This document shows positions 19,261 to 27,531 of a stretch of 64,000 nt of DNA, piece after piece; positions within the stretch are counted from its first letter, which is position 1, and every line of letters starts with the position of its first letter. A program made the translations under genes and the position numbers. The stretch spans positions 1-64,000 of IMG/VR virus record IMGVR_UViG_3300023174_003154, one strand, 5' to 3'. The notes below the pieces were generated by a model. The model was not told the DNA's origin. It did not search any database and worked only from the letters and a program-made list of their open reading frames with translations. This DNA is from a virus.

Positions 19261-19896
19261 ATGTGGTATGTATACATTTTGTATGACCCTAGAAATAATA
19301 CACCATTTTATATAGGTAAAGGTGTCAAAAGAAGAATGACAGCAACTATCAATATAAATCAAACGGGTAATGGATTAAAACGCAAGTTTCTTAAAGAAAT
19401 TAAAGATATTGGTTTAAAACCAATAGTTACTGTAGTAGCAGAGTATGACTCAGAAAAAGATGCGTTAGAAAAAGAAAAAATACTAATTTCAGAATTTGGT
19501 AGAATTATTAAAGGAGACGGGTGTTTGACAAATTATTCTGAAGGTGGGGACTTAAGTAATGCAGGTTGGATCCCATCGGATGATACTAGAAAATTATGGT
19601 CTAAGCAACGCAAGGGTATTAAACAGAGTGAGAATCATGTTTCCGCTAGGGTCGCAAAAACCAAAGGCCTAACTCGGTCGGATACTCAAAGAAAAAATTA
19701 TATTCTTGCTAGTATTAGGCGTACTAATCCAGAATTAAAAGCAAACATTATACACGAATTAGAAAGTAATTTGATACAGCACGGTACATTAACTACGATA
19801 GCTAAAAAATTCAATTGTAGCATTGACTTGATAAGTAGAATACACAAAGATATTAATTTATACAAAGAGGCATTAAATGAGTGGATCAAAAAGTAA
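19261..19896 (+). CDS. Free-standing homing endonuclease, GIY-YIG-like with NUMOD3-like DNA-binding repeats
   Basis: WYVYILYDP...FYIGKG..R motif pair, ALEKEKILI helix, LTN motif, NUMOD3-like SDDTRKLWSKQRKG / QSENHVSARVAKTKG, C-terminal HTH-like TTIAKKFNCSIDLISRI. Confidence 0.75.
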   Translation: MWYVYILYDPRNNTPFYIGKGVKRRMTATININQTGNGLKRKFLKEIKDIGLKPIVTVVAEYDSEKDALEKEKILISEFGRIIKGDGCLTNYSEGGDLSNAGWIPSDDTRKLWSKQRKGIKQSENHVSARVAKTKGLTRSDTQRKNYILASIRRTNPELKANIIHELESNLIQHGTLTTIAKKFNCSIDLISRIHKDINLYKEALNEWIKK

Positions 19897-20452
19897 GAAT
19901 AAAGGTAACGCATTTGAGCGTGAAGTTGCTAATTTTTTATCTAAAACATACAATGCCTCTTTTGTTCGGGCAGCACATAGCGGTGCATTTATAGGTGGGA
20001 CAAACAATCACCGAAAAGAATATCTAAGTGAGAATCAAGTTAAATCATTCAAAGGTGATATCATACCACCTGATGATTGGAAACATTTCAATGCCGAAGC
20101 GAAAAGTTACGCTGACTTTCCGTTTCATCTGGTACTAACAGGTGAATGCAAACAACTTGATTCGTGGTTAGCACAATTACTTGATGTAGAAGATACTGAC
20201 GATTTAAATATTCTTTTTATGAAGTTTAATCGTAAAGGTCAATATGTCGCTGTACAAGGTAAACTAACATGGAAAGCAGATAATTGTCTTTTATATAGTA
20301 GTCCTACACACGGCGACTGGGTCATCATGGAACATTCTAGCTTTTTTCAAAACAATGCAGAATTAGTAAAAACATATTCAAGCACAACAATCGACACCAC
20401 GTCAACTCTTAATACAAATATAAACGAATTTCATAAACAATTAGTCGGCTGA
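19877..20452 (+). CDS. Hjc-like PD-(D/E)xK nuclease (putative Holliday junction resolvase)
   Basis: SKNKGNAFEREVA...SGA...GDI...EAK is the Hjc-type catalytic arrangement; overlaps the upstream ORF by 20 nt. Confidence 0.75.
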   Translation: MSGSKSKNKGNAFEREVANFLSKTYNASFVRAAHSGAFIGGTNNHRKEYLSENQVKSFKGDIIPPDDWKHFNAEAKSYADFPFHLVLTGECKQLDSWLAQLLDVEDTDDLNILFMKFNRKGQYVAVQGKLTWKADNCLLYSSPTHGDWVIMEHSSFFQNNAELVKTYSSTTIDTTSTLNTNINEFHKQLVG

Positions 20453-20800
20453 GTTGTCAGTCCTCCTTGAGATTGTACAGATTGTGCTGTGCCGTCAGAT
20501 TCTGGAGTATGCATGTTAGCAATAACATGGAACACCGAGAAGGCTCTCGTCAAAGCGAACCTTCAATGAGTCTATAGCTACTCCATTTTGATGCTATAGA
20601 ACATGCGTTGCAGAATGAAACACTAGAGTGCGTAATTCAACTACAGACCAATAAACCCTACAGGGCAACCGGTGGCGAACAATAACATAAAAACGTTGAT
20701 TGTTCGGGTAAAGATGGCAAGGATGACGGTCATGGCATGTCACCATTGGTAGTGCTTAAATAGCACTACCATGGCTTCTAATCGGCATGATATATCCGAT
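20447..20800 (+). ncRNA. Candidate large structured non-coding RNA, family not recognised
   Basis: Gap with no ORF of 60 aa or more, GC-richer than flanking intergenics, with multiple nested helices, a GCAA tetraloop, G-U pairs favouring the plus strand and a 7-bp pseudoknot (see findings). Confidence 0.65.
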
Positions 20801-20928
20801 GAGTAATTAGATAAAAACAATAATTAAGAATAGATAAGAGTACAACCAAGAACGAGTGATAACGAGTTCTTAGAAGAACGAAGTTCTTCTCCATAAGAAA
20901 CAACAACTTGATAAATGAACCTTTCCGT

Positions 20929-21117
20929 TTAAAAGAATGGCAATTTCGTATTCTTTGTAGTTTCTAAGTTACTTTCAATAATAGCAGTTATGGCATTTCT
21001 TTCGTCATTGCTCATATTGAGTATATCCTCATAGGATGCTCCTCCCCTCATATACCATGACATTTTAAGTGCTCCTTTTCTTATATCAGAGCACTCCTGT
21101 TCCATACCATCTATCAT
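20929..21117 (-). CDS. gp51-like baseplate hub/tail assembly chaperone; probably C-terminal part of a -1 frameshift product
   Basis: WYMRGGASYEDILNMSNDERNAI resembles gp51 and P2 E' short chaperone domains; the frame stays open upstream to the slippery site at 21159-21165. Confidence 0.65.
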   Translation of the reverse strand: MIDGMEQECSDIRKGALKMSWYMRGGASYEDILNMSNDERNAITAIIESNLETTKNTKLPFF

Positions 21118-21119
21118 TC

Positions 21120-21165
21120 GCTTAATCCCCTCGGAACCAAGGAGAAGAAGCCTTAGTCGAAAAAA
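21120..21165 (-). other. Putative programmed -1 ribosomal frameshift signal (U UUU UUC, 7-nt spacer, hairpin)
   Basis: Minus strand: GAT TTT TTC GAC TAA G GCTTCTTCTCCTTG-GTTC-CGAGGGGATTAAGC; the -1 frame is that of the 62-aa ORF. Confidence 0.65.
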
Positions 21166-21980
21166 TCAGATATATTGATGTTTAGTGATTGTTGATGTGT
21201 GTGACTGCAATGACTACATGTAATATCTAAAGGTTTTAGTTCCGTTGTTTTACGCAATTCAATATTCTTTTCTTTGATAAAGTTATGAGTATTTTTATCA
21301 CATTGTTGTAGGAATTCATTTATAAATTCTTTATCAAAAACTGTTGCATCTGGGGTTTTGATATACTCAATGGTTTCTATCAACAATTCAGTAGTGAGGT
21401 CATTAATGCTTGCTATTAATTGACTTGTTTTTGTATTCTTTAAATCAACATCTTCAATTCTGTCTATATCCAATAGAGTACGTTGAATCTCAAATTGCTT
21501 TTCATTTGCTTTACTAACTTCTTTATACGTCAGAGGTCTAAATTTAATTTTTAACTCACCTATTGTCACTGGAGTGTTATAGTCACCAGGTGTAAAAGTT
21601 CCCAACAATCCTGACAGGTTAACATCAAACTTACTTTCTTCCTTACATTCTGGACAAGTAGAATCAATCTCCATTAATTGACCATTAGTAGCAATTTTAA
21701 TAGCAACTAATATTGGATCTAAATCAATGTTCAGTAATTCCCAGGGTCTTTTGATTGATGGAACACAACTTTTGATGATTTCTGTTACTGCTACCCCATT
21801 GAAAAGTGCATCAGGAGTTCTGCTTGTTATCTCATCAATAGCAGACATTGGGTATATTGGTAATTCTCCGCTCTCGGGGAATTCAATAGCACCTTCACTA
21901 TATCCTACACCCCCGCTTGGTAGTTTTAAATACAATGCTGGGCGGCGAAAGAATTGTCGTAATGGATTATCTTGAGTCAT
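21153..21980 (-). CDS. Baseplate hub subunit/assembly chaperone, gp26-like
   Basis: YLKLPSGG, IYPMSAIDEI, CPEC and CSHC zinc-knuckle pairs, IKFRP and a C-terminal DFF are typical of T4 gp26-family proteins. Confidence 0.75.
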   Translation of the reverse strand: MTQDNPLRQFFRRPALYLKLPSGGVGYSEGAIEFPESGELPIYPMSAIDEITSRTPDALFNGVAVTEIIKSCVPSIKRPWELLNIDLDPILVAIKIATNGQLMEIDSTCPECKEESKFDVNLSGLLGTFTPGDYNTPVTIGELKIKFRPLTYKEVSKANEKQFEIQRTLLDIDRIEDVDLKNTKTSQLIASINDLTTELLIETIEYIKTPDATVFDKEFINEFLQQCDKNTHNFIKEKNIELRKTTELKPLDITCSHCSHTHQQSLNINISDFFD

Positions 21981-22013
21981 TTGGGTTCCTAAAAAAATGG
22001 TAAGATTATGAAT

Positions 22014-22045
22014 ACTAAATACAATTAGTACCGAAAGTATTTATA
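22014..22045. promoter_or_regulatory. Face-to-face late promoters: ACTAAATA (+, 22014-22021) and TATAAATA (-, 22038-22045)
   Basis: One late motif per strand in the 75-bp gap between the divergent gp26-like and tape-measure-like genes. Confidence 0.6.
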
Positions 22046-22055
22046 ACTCAAAAAT

Positions 22056-24815
22056 ATGGCTACAAATAATCCAATGACACAAGAGCAAATGGAACAGTTT
22101 GCTCAATCGCTAGCAAGATTAGCGTCCCAGGTTGACACTACCCGTCAAGGATTCGGTCCCTTTGCCGATGCACAGCGTGAGGCAGGTGATGAGTTAAAGA
22201 ACGGAATGAAGCAGGCTGCACAGCAGTTAGGTAATTCAGTTGTTAGTTTAACTAAAGCAATGGATCCACTTAGTGGGCAACAGGGTCTAGGAAAGTTTTC
22301 AGGAGCAGTTTCAGGCGCTGCCGACGCTGCAGGTACAGCGGCTCAAACAATGCTTGCGTCATTTGGGCCTTTGGGATTAGTAGTTGGTACAGTCATAAAA
22401 TTATTTGGCCAGTTAGCAGGAGCTAGCTTAAAGCAAAATGATGTAATGATGAAAGCATACAGGGATCTGGCTGAAACAGGTTCTGTTAGTGGTAGTTTAG
22501 AAAAACTTAATACTGATTTACATAGAGTAGGATTAACATCTGGGGAAGCTGAAAAGTTTGGTCAGATGATTGGAAAAGTAACACCAGACCTTGCGGCTTT
22601 TGGTGGTAGTGTTACTGCTGGTAAAGATAAGTTTATCAAAGTATTTGAGGGAATGATTGGTGTCGGTAGCAAAACCGAAATGCAATTAAATCGTTTAGGG
22701 TATAGTACTGACACGATGCGTGAAGCAACTGCCGATTATATTGCAAGACAGTCAAGGTTAGGATTAACACAAGGTAAAACTACTGAACAGTTACGCGGTG
22801 AATCTGTAAACTACATGAAAACTCTGCGTGAGTTACAAGAAGTTACAGGTATGAGTCGTGACGAAGCACAAAAGATACTAGACCAACAGCAGAAAGACGC
22901 ACGTTGGGCAATGACATTACGTGAGATTGAAGCTACTCAAGGACACGAAGCTGCCGAAAGAGCAAGAATGGGTATGGCTGCGTTCTCTCAAACTTTCGGT
23001 TCAGAAGCTGCCGCTGATTTGATGGAACAAGTTGCTAATAAGGGTGCAATTGTTGGTGAAGCTAGCGCACGTAGCGAAAGAGCAACATTAGGTCAGGGGT
23101 ATAAACAACTGCAAGCTGTTATTGATGGTCAAATTACATCAGGTCAAATGGTTGTTGGTGTAAGTCAAGCAGTATCGAGAAATATGGATGCGCTTGGCCC
23201 AGCTTATAAAATTTCAGGTGATGGCCTGAAAGATATGACAGGTTCTATGGGATTGGTTACCGGAGCATATGCTAATGCTAACAAGAAGTACGAAGATGTA
23301 AACAAAACATTAGGAGACAAGACAAAAATAGCCGGTGATAGACTGCAAGAAAACGTTGAAATTGAACAAAAACAAAGAGTTATGCGTATAGCGGCTGATA
23401 AAGCTATATGGGAAATAGGTAACGTAACTGTTGGCATGTTCCAAAAGTTAAATGATATCATGTTTAAGTTTGCTAAAACTCTAGCAAAATTAGTTGATTG
23501 GGTAATGGATAAAGTCTTTAATAAGAAAACTAATTATGCTGACATGTTCAAAGACCAAGATGATTTTAAACAGGATCAAACAGCCGCACTAAAAGATAAG
23601 GCTGCGACCGAGGAAGAAATTGCTAGGGTTAAAAAACAGTATGCAGAACTTGAAGGTGATGCTACAGGTAAAATATTTGAATCTAAATTGGCAGCACTTA
23701 AGAAAACTGTAGCTGAAACTAATAATTACCAAGACGTTGAAGGTAATGTACAAGACTCTGCAATGATGGAGAAAAATTTAATTGCTAGACAAGAAGTTGC
23801 ACGATTAGAAGAATTAAAGAAACAAGCAGTCAAACAAGATGGCACAATTGACTTACAAAAATTAAATGCTTTAAAACAACAAAAATTACAAGCATTACAA
23901 GAACAGATTGCAAAAGAAGATTTAAGACTACAAGAAGCTGAGAAAAAATTAAAGAATTTTCAAGCTGAAGGTGGTGCTGGTAATGCTACATTAGAGGAAG
24001 CAAGACAACGAACTTCAAGTGCGTCAAAAGGAACAGCCTTTACTACTGATGAAAAAGGTAATCAAGTATCACAACAGAAATTTGAACAACGTTCAGGGGC
24101 ACAAGCTAACTTAGCCGCCCGAGCAGCCTCAGTGGATTCTTCTGAAATTTTAAACAAACTTAATTTTAAAAATAAAGGAGAAAATACAGGAGGCGGAGAA
24201 GCAGATCCTAAGTTACTTGCATTAGCTGAAATGGTACAAAAAGAATTTCCAGGTGCAACATTTACTGCATTGAACGATGCATTCCATAAAAATAATAGAC
24301 CAAATAGTAAGCACACGGTAGGAAGAGCATTAGATTTCGTTCCCGGCAAACCACCGAAGAGTGTTGATGAAGCGGCACTAATGAAAGAAAAGTTAAAAGA
24401 TTTAGGTGCTAATGTAGTTAGAGATGAGTTCTTTGCTGACAAAGGTGATAGTACTACTGGTGGACATTTTCACTTAGAAGTTGCTAGAGAAGGTGGGCTG
24501 TTTACTGGTCCAACATCAGGTTATCCAGTTGAATTGCATGGTAAAAATGAAAGTGTTTGGCCTGAACCAAAATTACAAGGTCTACTAAAAGAGGTAGAGA
24601 AGTCAAGTATTGAAAAATACAAACAAGAACTGATGGATCAAATGGGTTTATCAGATTATAACAAATCTAACCAAACTACAAGTTCATCTAGTAGTGATCC
24701 TAAGCAAATGGAAGATTTGTTCAATCGGATGATTACTAAATTTGATACATTAATAGCATTACAAGACAAGTCTAATAACATATCTGATGAATTATTAACC
24801 TATACACGGGCTTAA
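22056..24815 (+). CDS. Tape-measure-like protein (gp29 analogue) with C-terminal M15-type Zn peptidase domain
   Basis: Long Ala/Gln-rich helical region; SKHTVGRALD...HFH is an M15 (LAS) zinc motif; AREGGLFTGP..GYPVELHG..E.VWP resembles tape-measure C-terminal motifs. Confidence 0.65.
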   Translation: MATNNPMTQEQMEQFAQSLARLASQVDTTRQGFGPFADAQREAGDELKNGMKQAAQQLGNSVVSLTKAMDPLSGQQGLGKFSGAVSGAADAAGTAAQTMLASFGPLGLVVGTVIKLFGQLAGASLKQNDVMMKAYRDLAETGSVSGSLEKLNTDLHRVGLTSGEAEKFGQMIGKVTPDLAAFGGSVTAGKDKFIKVFEGMIGVGSKTEMQLNRLGYSTDTMREATADYIARQSRLGLTQGKTTEQLRGESVNYMKTLRELQEVTGMSRDEAQKILDQQQKDARWAMTLREIEATQGHEAAERARMGMAAFSQTFGSEAAADLMEQVANKGAIVGEASARSERATLGQGYKQLQAVIDGQITSGQMVVGVSQAVSRNMDALGPAYKISGDGLKDMTGSMGLVTGAYANANKKYEDVNKTLGDKTKIAGDRLQENVEIEQKQRVMRIAADKAIWEIGNVTVGMFQKLNDIMFKFAKTLAKLVDWVMDKVFNKKTNYADMFKDQDDFKQDQTAALKDKAATEEEIARVKKQYAELEGDATGKIFESKLAALKKTVAETNNYQDVEGNVQDSAMMEKNLIARQEVARLEELKKQAVKQDGTIDLQKLNALKQQKLQALQEQIAKEDLRLQEAEKKLKNFQAEGGAGNATLEEARQRTSSASKGTAFTTDEKGNQVSQQKFEQRSGAQANLAARAASVDSSEILNKLNFKNKGENTGGGEADPKLLALAEMVQKEFPGATFTALNDAFHKNNRPNSKHTVGRALDFVPGKPPKSVDEAALMKEKLKDLGANVVRDEFFADKGDSTTGGHFHLEVAREGGLFTGPTSGYPVELHGKNESVWPEPKLQGLLKEVEKSSIEKYKQELMDQMGLSDYNKSNQTTSSSSSDPKQMEDLFNRMITKFDTLIALQDKSNNISDELLTYTRA

Positions 24816-24816
24816 T

Positions 24817-24824
24817 GATAAATA
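24817..24824 (+). promoter_or_regulatory. Late promoter for the portal gene
   Basis: GATAAATA 7 nt before ATG 24832; no SD. Confidence 0.6.
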
Positions 24825-24831
24825 TATAACT

Positions 24832-26595
24832 ATGTCATATAAAAAGCGTTTCCAAGCCCCAAATCTAACCGGTGCAGTCAGTCCTATCTCAGGTGCAAAC
24901 AGTAATCGTGGTGCCTGGAATAGTCAAGTAACCCCATCAGGTGGTTATAACAATACAGACTTTGGTTATAAGAACTATCAAAGTCGTTTACCAGAAGTTT
25001 ATACTGGTCATCCAAATCGTGTTGAACGATATAATCAATATGAAATGATGGATGTAGATGCTGAAATCAATGCATGTTTAGACATTATTGCTGAGTTCAG
25101 TACACAGAAAAACGAACAGAATAATACACCTTTTGAGATAGAATTCTCAGAAGATCCAACCCCCCATGAAGTTGAATTGATTAAAAAGCAATTACAGCAA
25201 TGGTGTAAACTCAATGAGTTTGATACTAGGTCATTCAAAATCTTCCGTAATACTATCAAGTACGGGGATCAGGTTTTTGTACGTGATCCAGAAAACTTCA
25301 AGTTATATTGGGTTGACATGACTAAAGTTACTAAAGTCATTGTTAACGAAAGCGAAGGTAAAGCACCAGAGCAATACGTTATCAAAGATATTAACGTTAA
25401 CTTACAGAATCTAAGTATTGCTGAAAAGACAACAACAGACTTTATGACACCTCAGGGCCCTGGTGGATATCAAGGTACCTCAAACTACAGCGTACCAAAC
25501 GGTGGTAGCGGTAATAGTGGTAGTCGTTTTACATTGGGTATGAACGAAGCAGCCATTGATGCAAAGCATGTTGTTCATCTAAGTTTAACAGAAGGTCTAG
25601 ACCGTTATTGGCCTTTTGGACAAAGTATCTTAGAAAACATTTTCAAAGTCTATAAGCAGAAAGAATTGCTTGAAGATGCTATTCTTATCTATCGTGTACA
25701 ACGTGCACCAGAACGTAGAGTCTTTAAGATTGACGTTGGTAACATGCCAAGTCATATGGCTATGGCATTCGTTGACCGCATTAAAAATGAAATTCATCAA
25801 CGTAGAATTCCAAGCGTAAGTGGTGGACAAAGCGTAATGGATGCAACATATAATCCATTGTCAATGAACGAAGATTACTTCTTTCCAGTCACAGCAGATG
25901 GTCGTGGTAGTGATGTAACTACATTACCCGGTGGTGATAACTTAGGTCAAATTGATGACTTGCGTTATTTCAACAACAGATTAGCACGTGGATTACGTGT
26001 TCCAAGTTCATACTTACCTCAAGGTCCAGAAGACAGTCCTACTCCATTAGCTGATGGTAGAGTTGGAACTGCTATGATTCAAGAGTTCCGTTTTAATCAA
26101 TATTGTGAACGATTACAGAAGTACATTAGCCAAAAGTTCAATGACGAATTCAAACTATTCATGCGTTGGAGAGGCTTCAATATTGATTCAAGTTTATTTG
26201 ATATCAAGTTTAATGCACCGCAAAACTTTGCCGCTTATCGTCAAAGTGAATTAGATACATCACGTGTAACAGTATTTCAAACAATGGAAGCATTTCCTTA
26301 TATTAGTAAACGTTTTGCTATGACACGTTTCTTAGGATTGACAGAAGAAGAAATCGAAGAAAATCAACGATTGTGGTTTGAAGAACGTGAAGCTCCTGAA
26401 GATAATGAAGCTAAAGGTAGTGACTTACGTAGTATCGGTATCAGTACTGGCGACTTGGAAACTGATGCAGAAGCAATGGATGAGATTCCGGATGAGAATG
26501 CAGAAGAAATGCCAATGGACGATATGGCAGGTGCTCCGGCAGTAGCGGCTCCTGCAGGCTTAGGTAACGCAGCCGCCCCTCCCCCACCGGTATAA
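24832..26595 (+). CDS. Portal protein, T4 gp20-like
   Basis: LLEDAILIYRVQRAPERRVFKIDVGNMP, EDYFFP...GRGSDVTTLPGGDNLGQIDDLRYF...LRVPSSYL. Confidence 0.95.
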   Translation: MSYKKRFQAPNLTGAVSPISGANSNRGAWNSQVTPSGGYNNTDFGYKNYQSRLPEVYTGHPNRVERYNQYEMMDVDAEINACLDIIAEFSTQKNEQNNTPFEIEFSEDPTPHEVELIKKQLQQWCKLNEFDTRSFKIFRNTIKYGDQVFVRDPENFKLYWVDMTKVTKVIVNESEGKAPEQYVIKDINVNLQNLSIAEKTTTDFMTPQGPGGYQGTSNYSVPNGGSGNSGSRFTLGMNEAAIDAKHVVHLSLTEGLDRYWPFGQSILENIFKVYKQKELLEDAILIYRVQRAPERRVFKIDVGNMPSHMAMAFVDRIKNEIHQRRIPSVSGGQSVMDATYNPLSMNEDYFFPVTADGRGSDVTTLPGGDNLGQIDDLRYFNNRLARGLRVPSSYLPQGPEDSPTPLADGRVGTAMIQEFRFNQYCERLQKYISQKFNDEFKLFMRWRGFNIDSSLFDIKFNAPQNFAAYRQSELDTSRVTVFQTMEAFPYISKRFAMTRFLGLTEEEIEENQRLWFEEREAPEDNEAKGSDLRSIGISTGDLETDAEAMDEIPDENAEEMPMDDMAGAPAVAAPAGLGNAAAPPPPV

Positions 26596-26604
26596 AGAGT
26601 AATA

Positions 26605-27186
26605 ATGCACTCATCAGCTAAAGAAAGTGGTAAACAGTTTTTTGAAATATATTGCAAATCATTCCCAGAAGATAATTTAAAAATTGTTGAAGTTGGATCA
26701 CAGAATGTTAACGGTAGTTTAAAAGAAGTTGCACCAACAAGATTTCAATATATAGGATTAGACTTTGCAAAAGCAAACGGTGTAGATATTGTATTGGAAG
26801 ACGCTTATTCATTCCCATTAGAAGATAATTCAGTAGACATAGTAGTCTCAAGTTCTTGTTTTGAACATGCTGATATGTTTTGGCTAACTTACTTAGAGAT
26901 AATGAGAATTCTAAAGCCAAAAGGTATATTCTACTTGAATGCTCCTACTAAAGGACCACATCATAGATACCCTGTTGACTGTTGGAGATTCTACCCAGAT
27001 GCAGGTAAAGCACTTACTAATTGGGGAAAAAGAAACAATTATAATAACATCTTATTAGAATCGTATATATATAACGCTGATACTTGGGGTGATTTTGTAG
27101 GAGTTTTCTTAAAAGATGAGTCATATAAACATGAGTTCACTACAAGAATTATTGATACTAAACAGAATATAAATCATAAGAGATAA
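26605..27186 (+). CDS. Class I SAM-dependent methyltransferase
   Basis: IVEVGS, YIGLD, FPLEDNSVDIVVSSSCFEH, RILKPKG and HRYPVDCWRF motifs. Confidence 0.85.
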   Translation: MHSSAKESGKQFFEIYCKSFPEDNLKIVEVGSQNVNGSLKEVAPTRFQYIGLDFAKANGVDIVLEDAYSFPLEDNSVDIVVSSSCFEHADMFWLTYLEIMRILKPKGIFYLNAPTKGPHHRYPVDCWRFYPDAGKALTNWGKRNNYNNILLESYIYNADTWGDFVGVFLKDESYKHEFTTRIIDTKQNINHKR

Positions 27187-27189
27187 ATA
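27182..27189 (+). promoter_or_regulatory. Late promoter for the 75-aa gene
   Basis: GATAAATA overlapping the methyltransferase stop codon, 5 nt before ATG 27195. Confidence 0.6.
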
Positions 27190-27194
27190 TTAGT

Positions 27195-27422
27195 ATGAGA
27201 TTAATGGAAATGTTTGATTCACCCGTTCAAGGGTTTCAAGATGTTGAGAAAGACAGCAGTAGACCTAAGTGGAAACAATTCCGTAAAAGTAAATTAACTT
27301 TACGCCAAATTCGCAAATTACGTAAGATGAATGATGTACGTAACTATGAAAAAAATCAAAACTTAAAGAAAATTCGTAAACAATATCAACCGGCACCAGC
27401 GGAAGGTGCACCGGCAATGTAA
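27195..27422 (+). CDS. Small basic prohead-associated protein (gp68-like position)
   Basis: Basic 75-aa ORF between portal and protease genes; the assignment is positional. Confidence 0.45.
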   Translation: MRLMEMFDSPVQGFQDVEKDSSRPKWKQFRKSKLTLRQIRKLRKMNDVRNYEKNQNLKKIRKQYQPAPAEGAPAM

Positions 27423-27458
27423 CAATATTGACATAAAATTAAGAAAAACGCAAAAAAT

Positions 27459-27481
27459 GAGCACTTATTGTGCTCTTTTTT
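27459..27481 (+). terminator. Rho-independent terminator
   Basis: GAGCAC-ttatt-GTGCTC followed by T6. Confidence 0.75.
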
Positions 27482-27531
27482 ATGATACTTGCTAAGTATA
27501 TAACAAGCCATTAATCTATAGGAGACCAACA

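Noticed and set aside
20453-20928. tmRNA, RNase P RNA or group I intron identity for the structured interval
   Set aside because: GATTCTGGA resembles a tmRNA 5' segment, but there is no GGGG acceptor stem, T-arm or CCA end. No GAGGAAAGUCC RNase P motif. CTACAGAC and GATATATCC only loosely resemble intron R/S elements, and there is no interrupted gene on the flanks.
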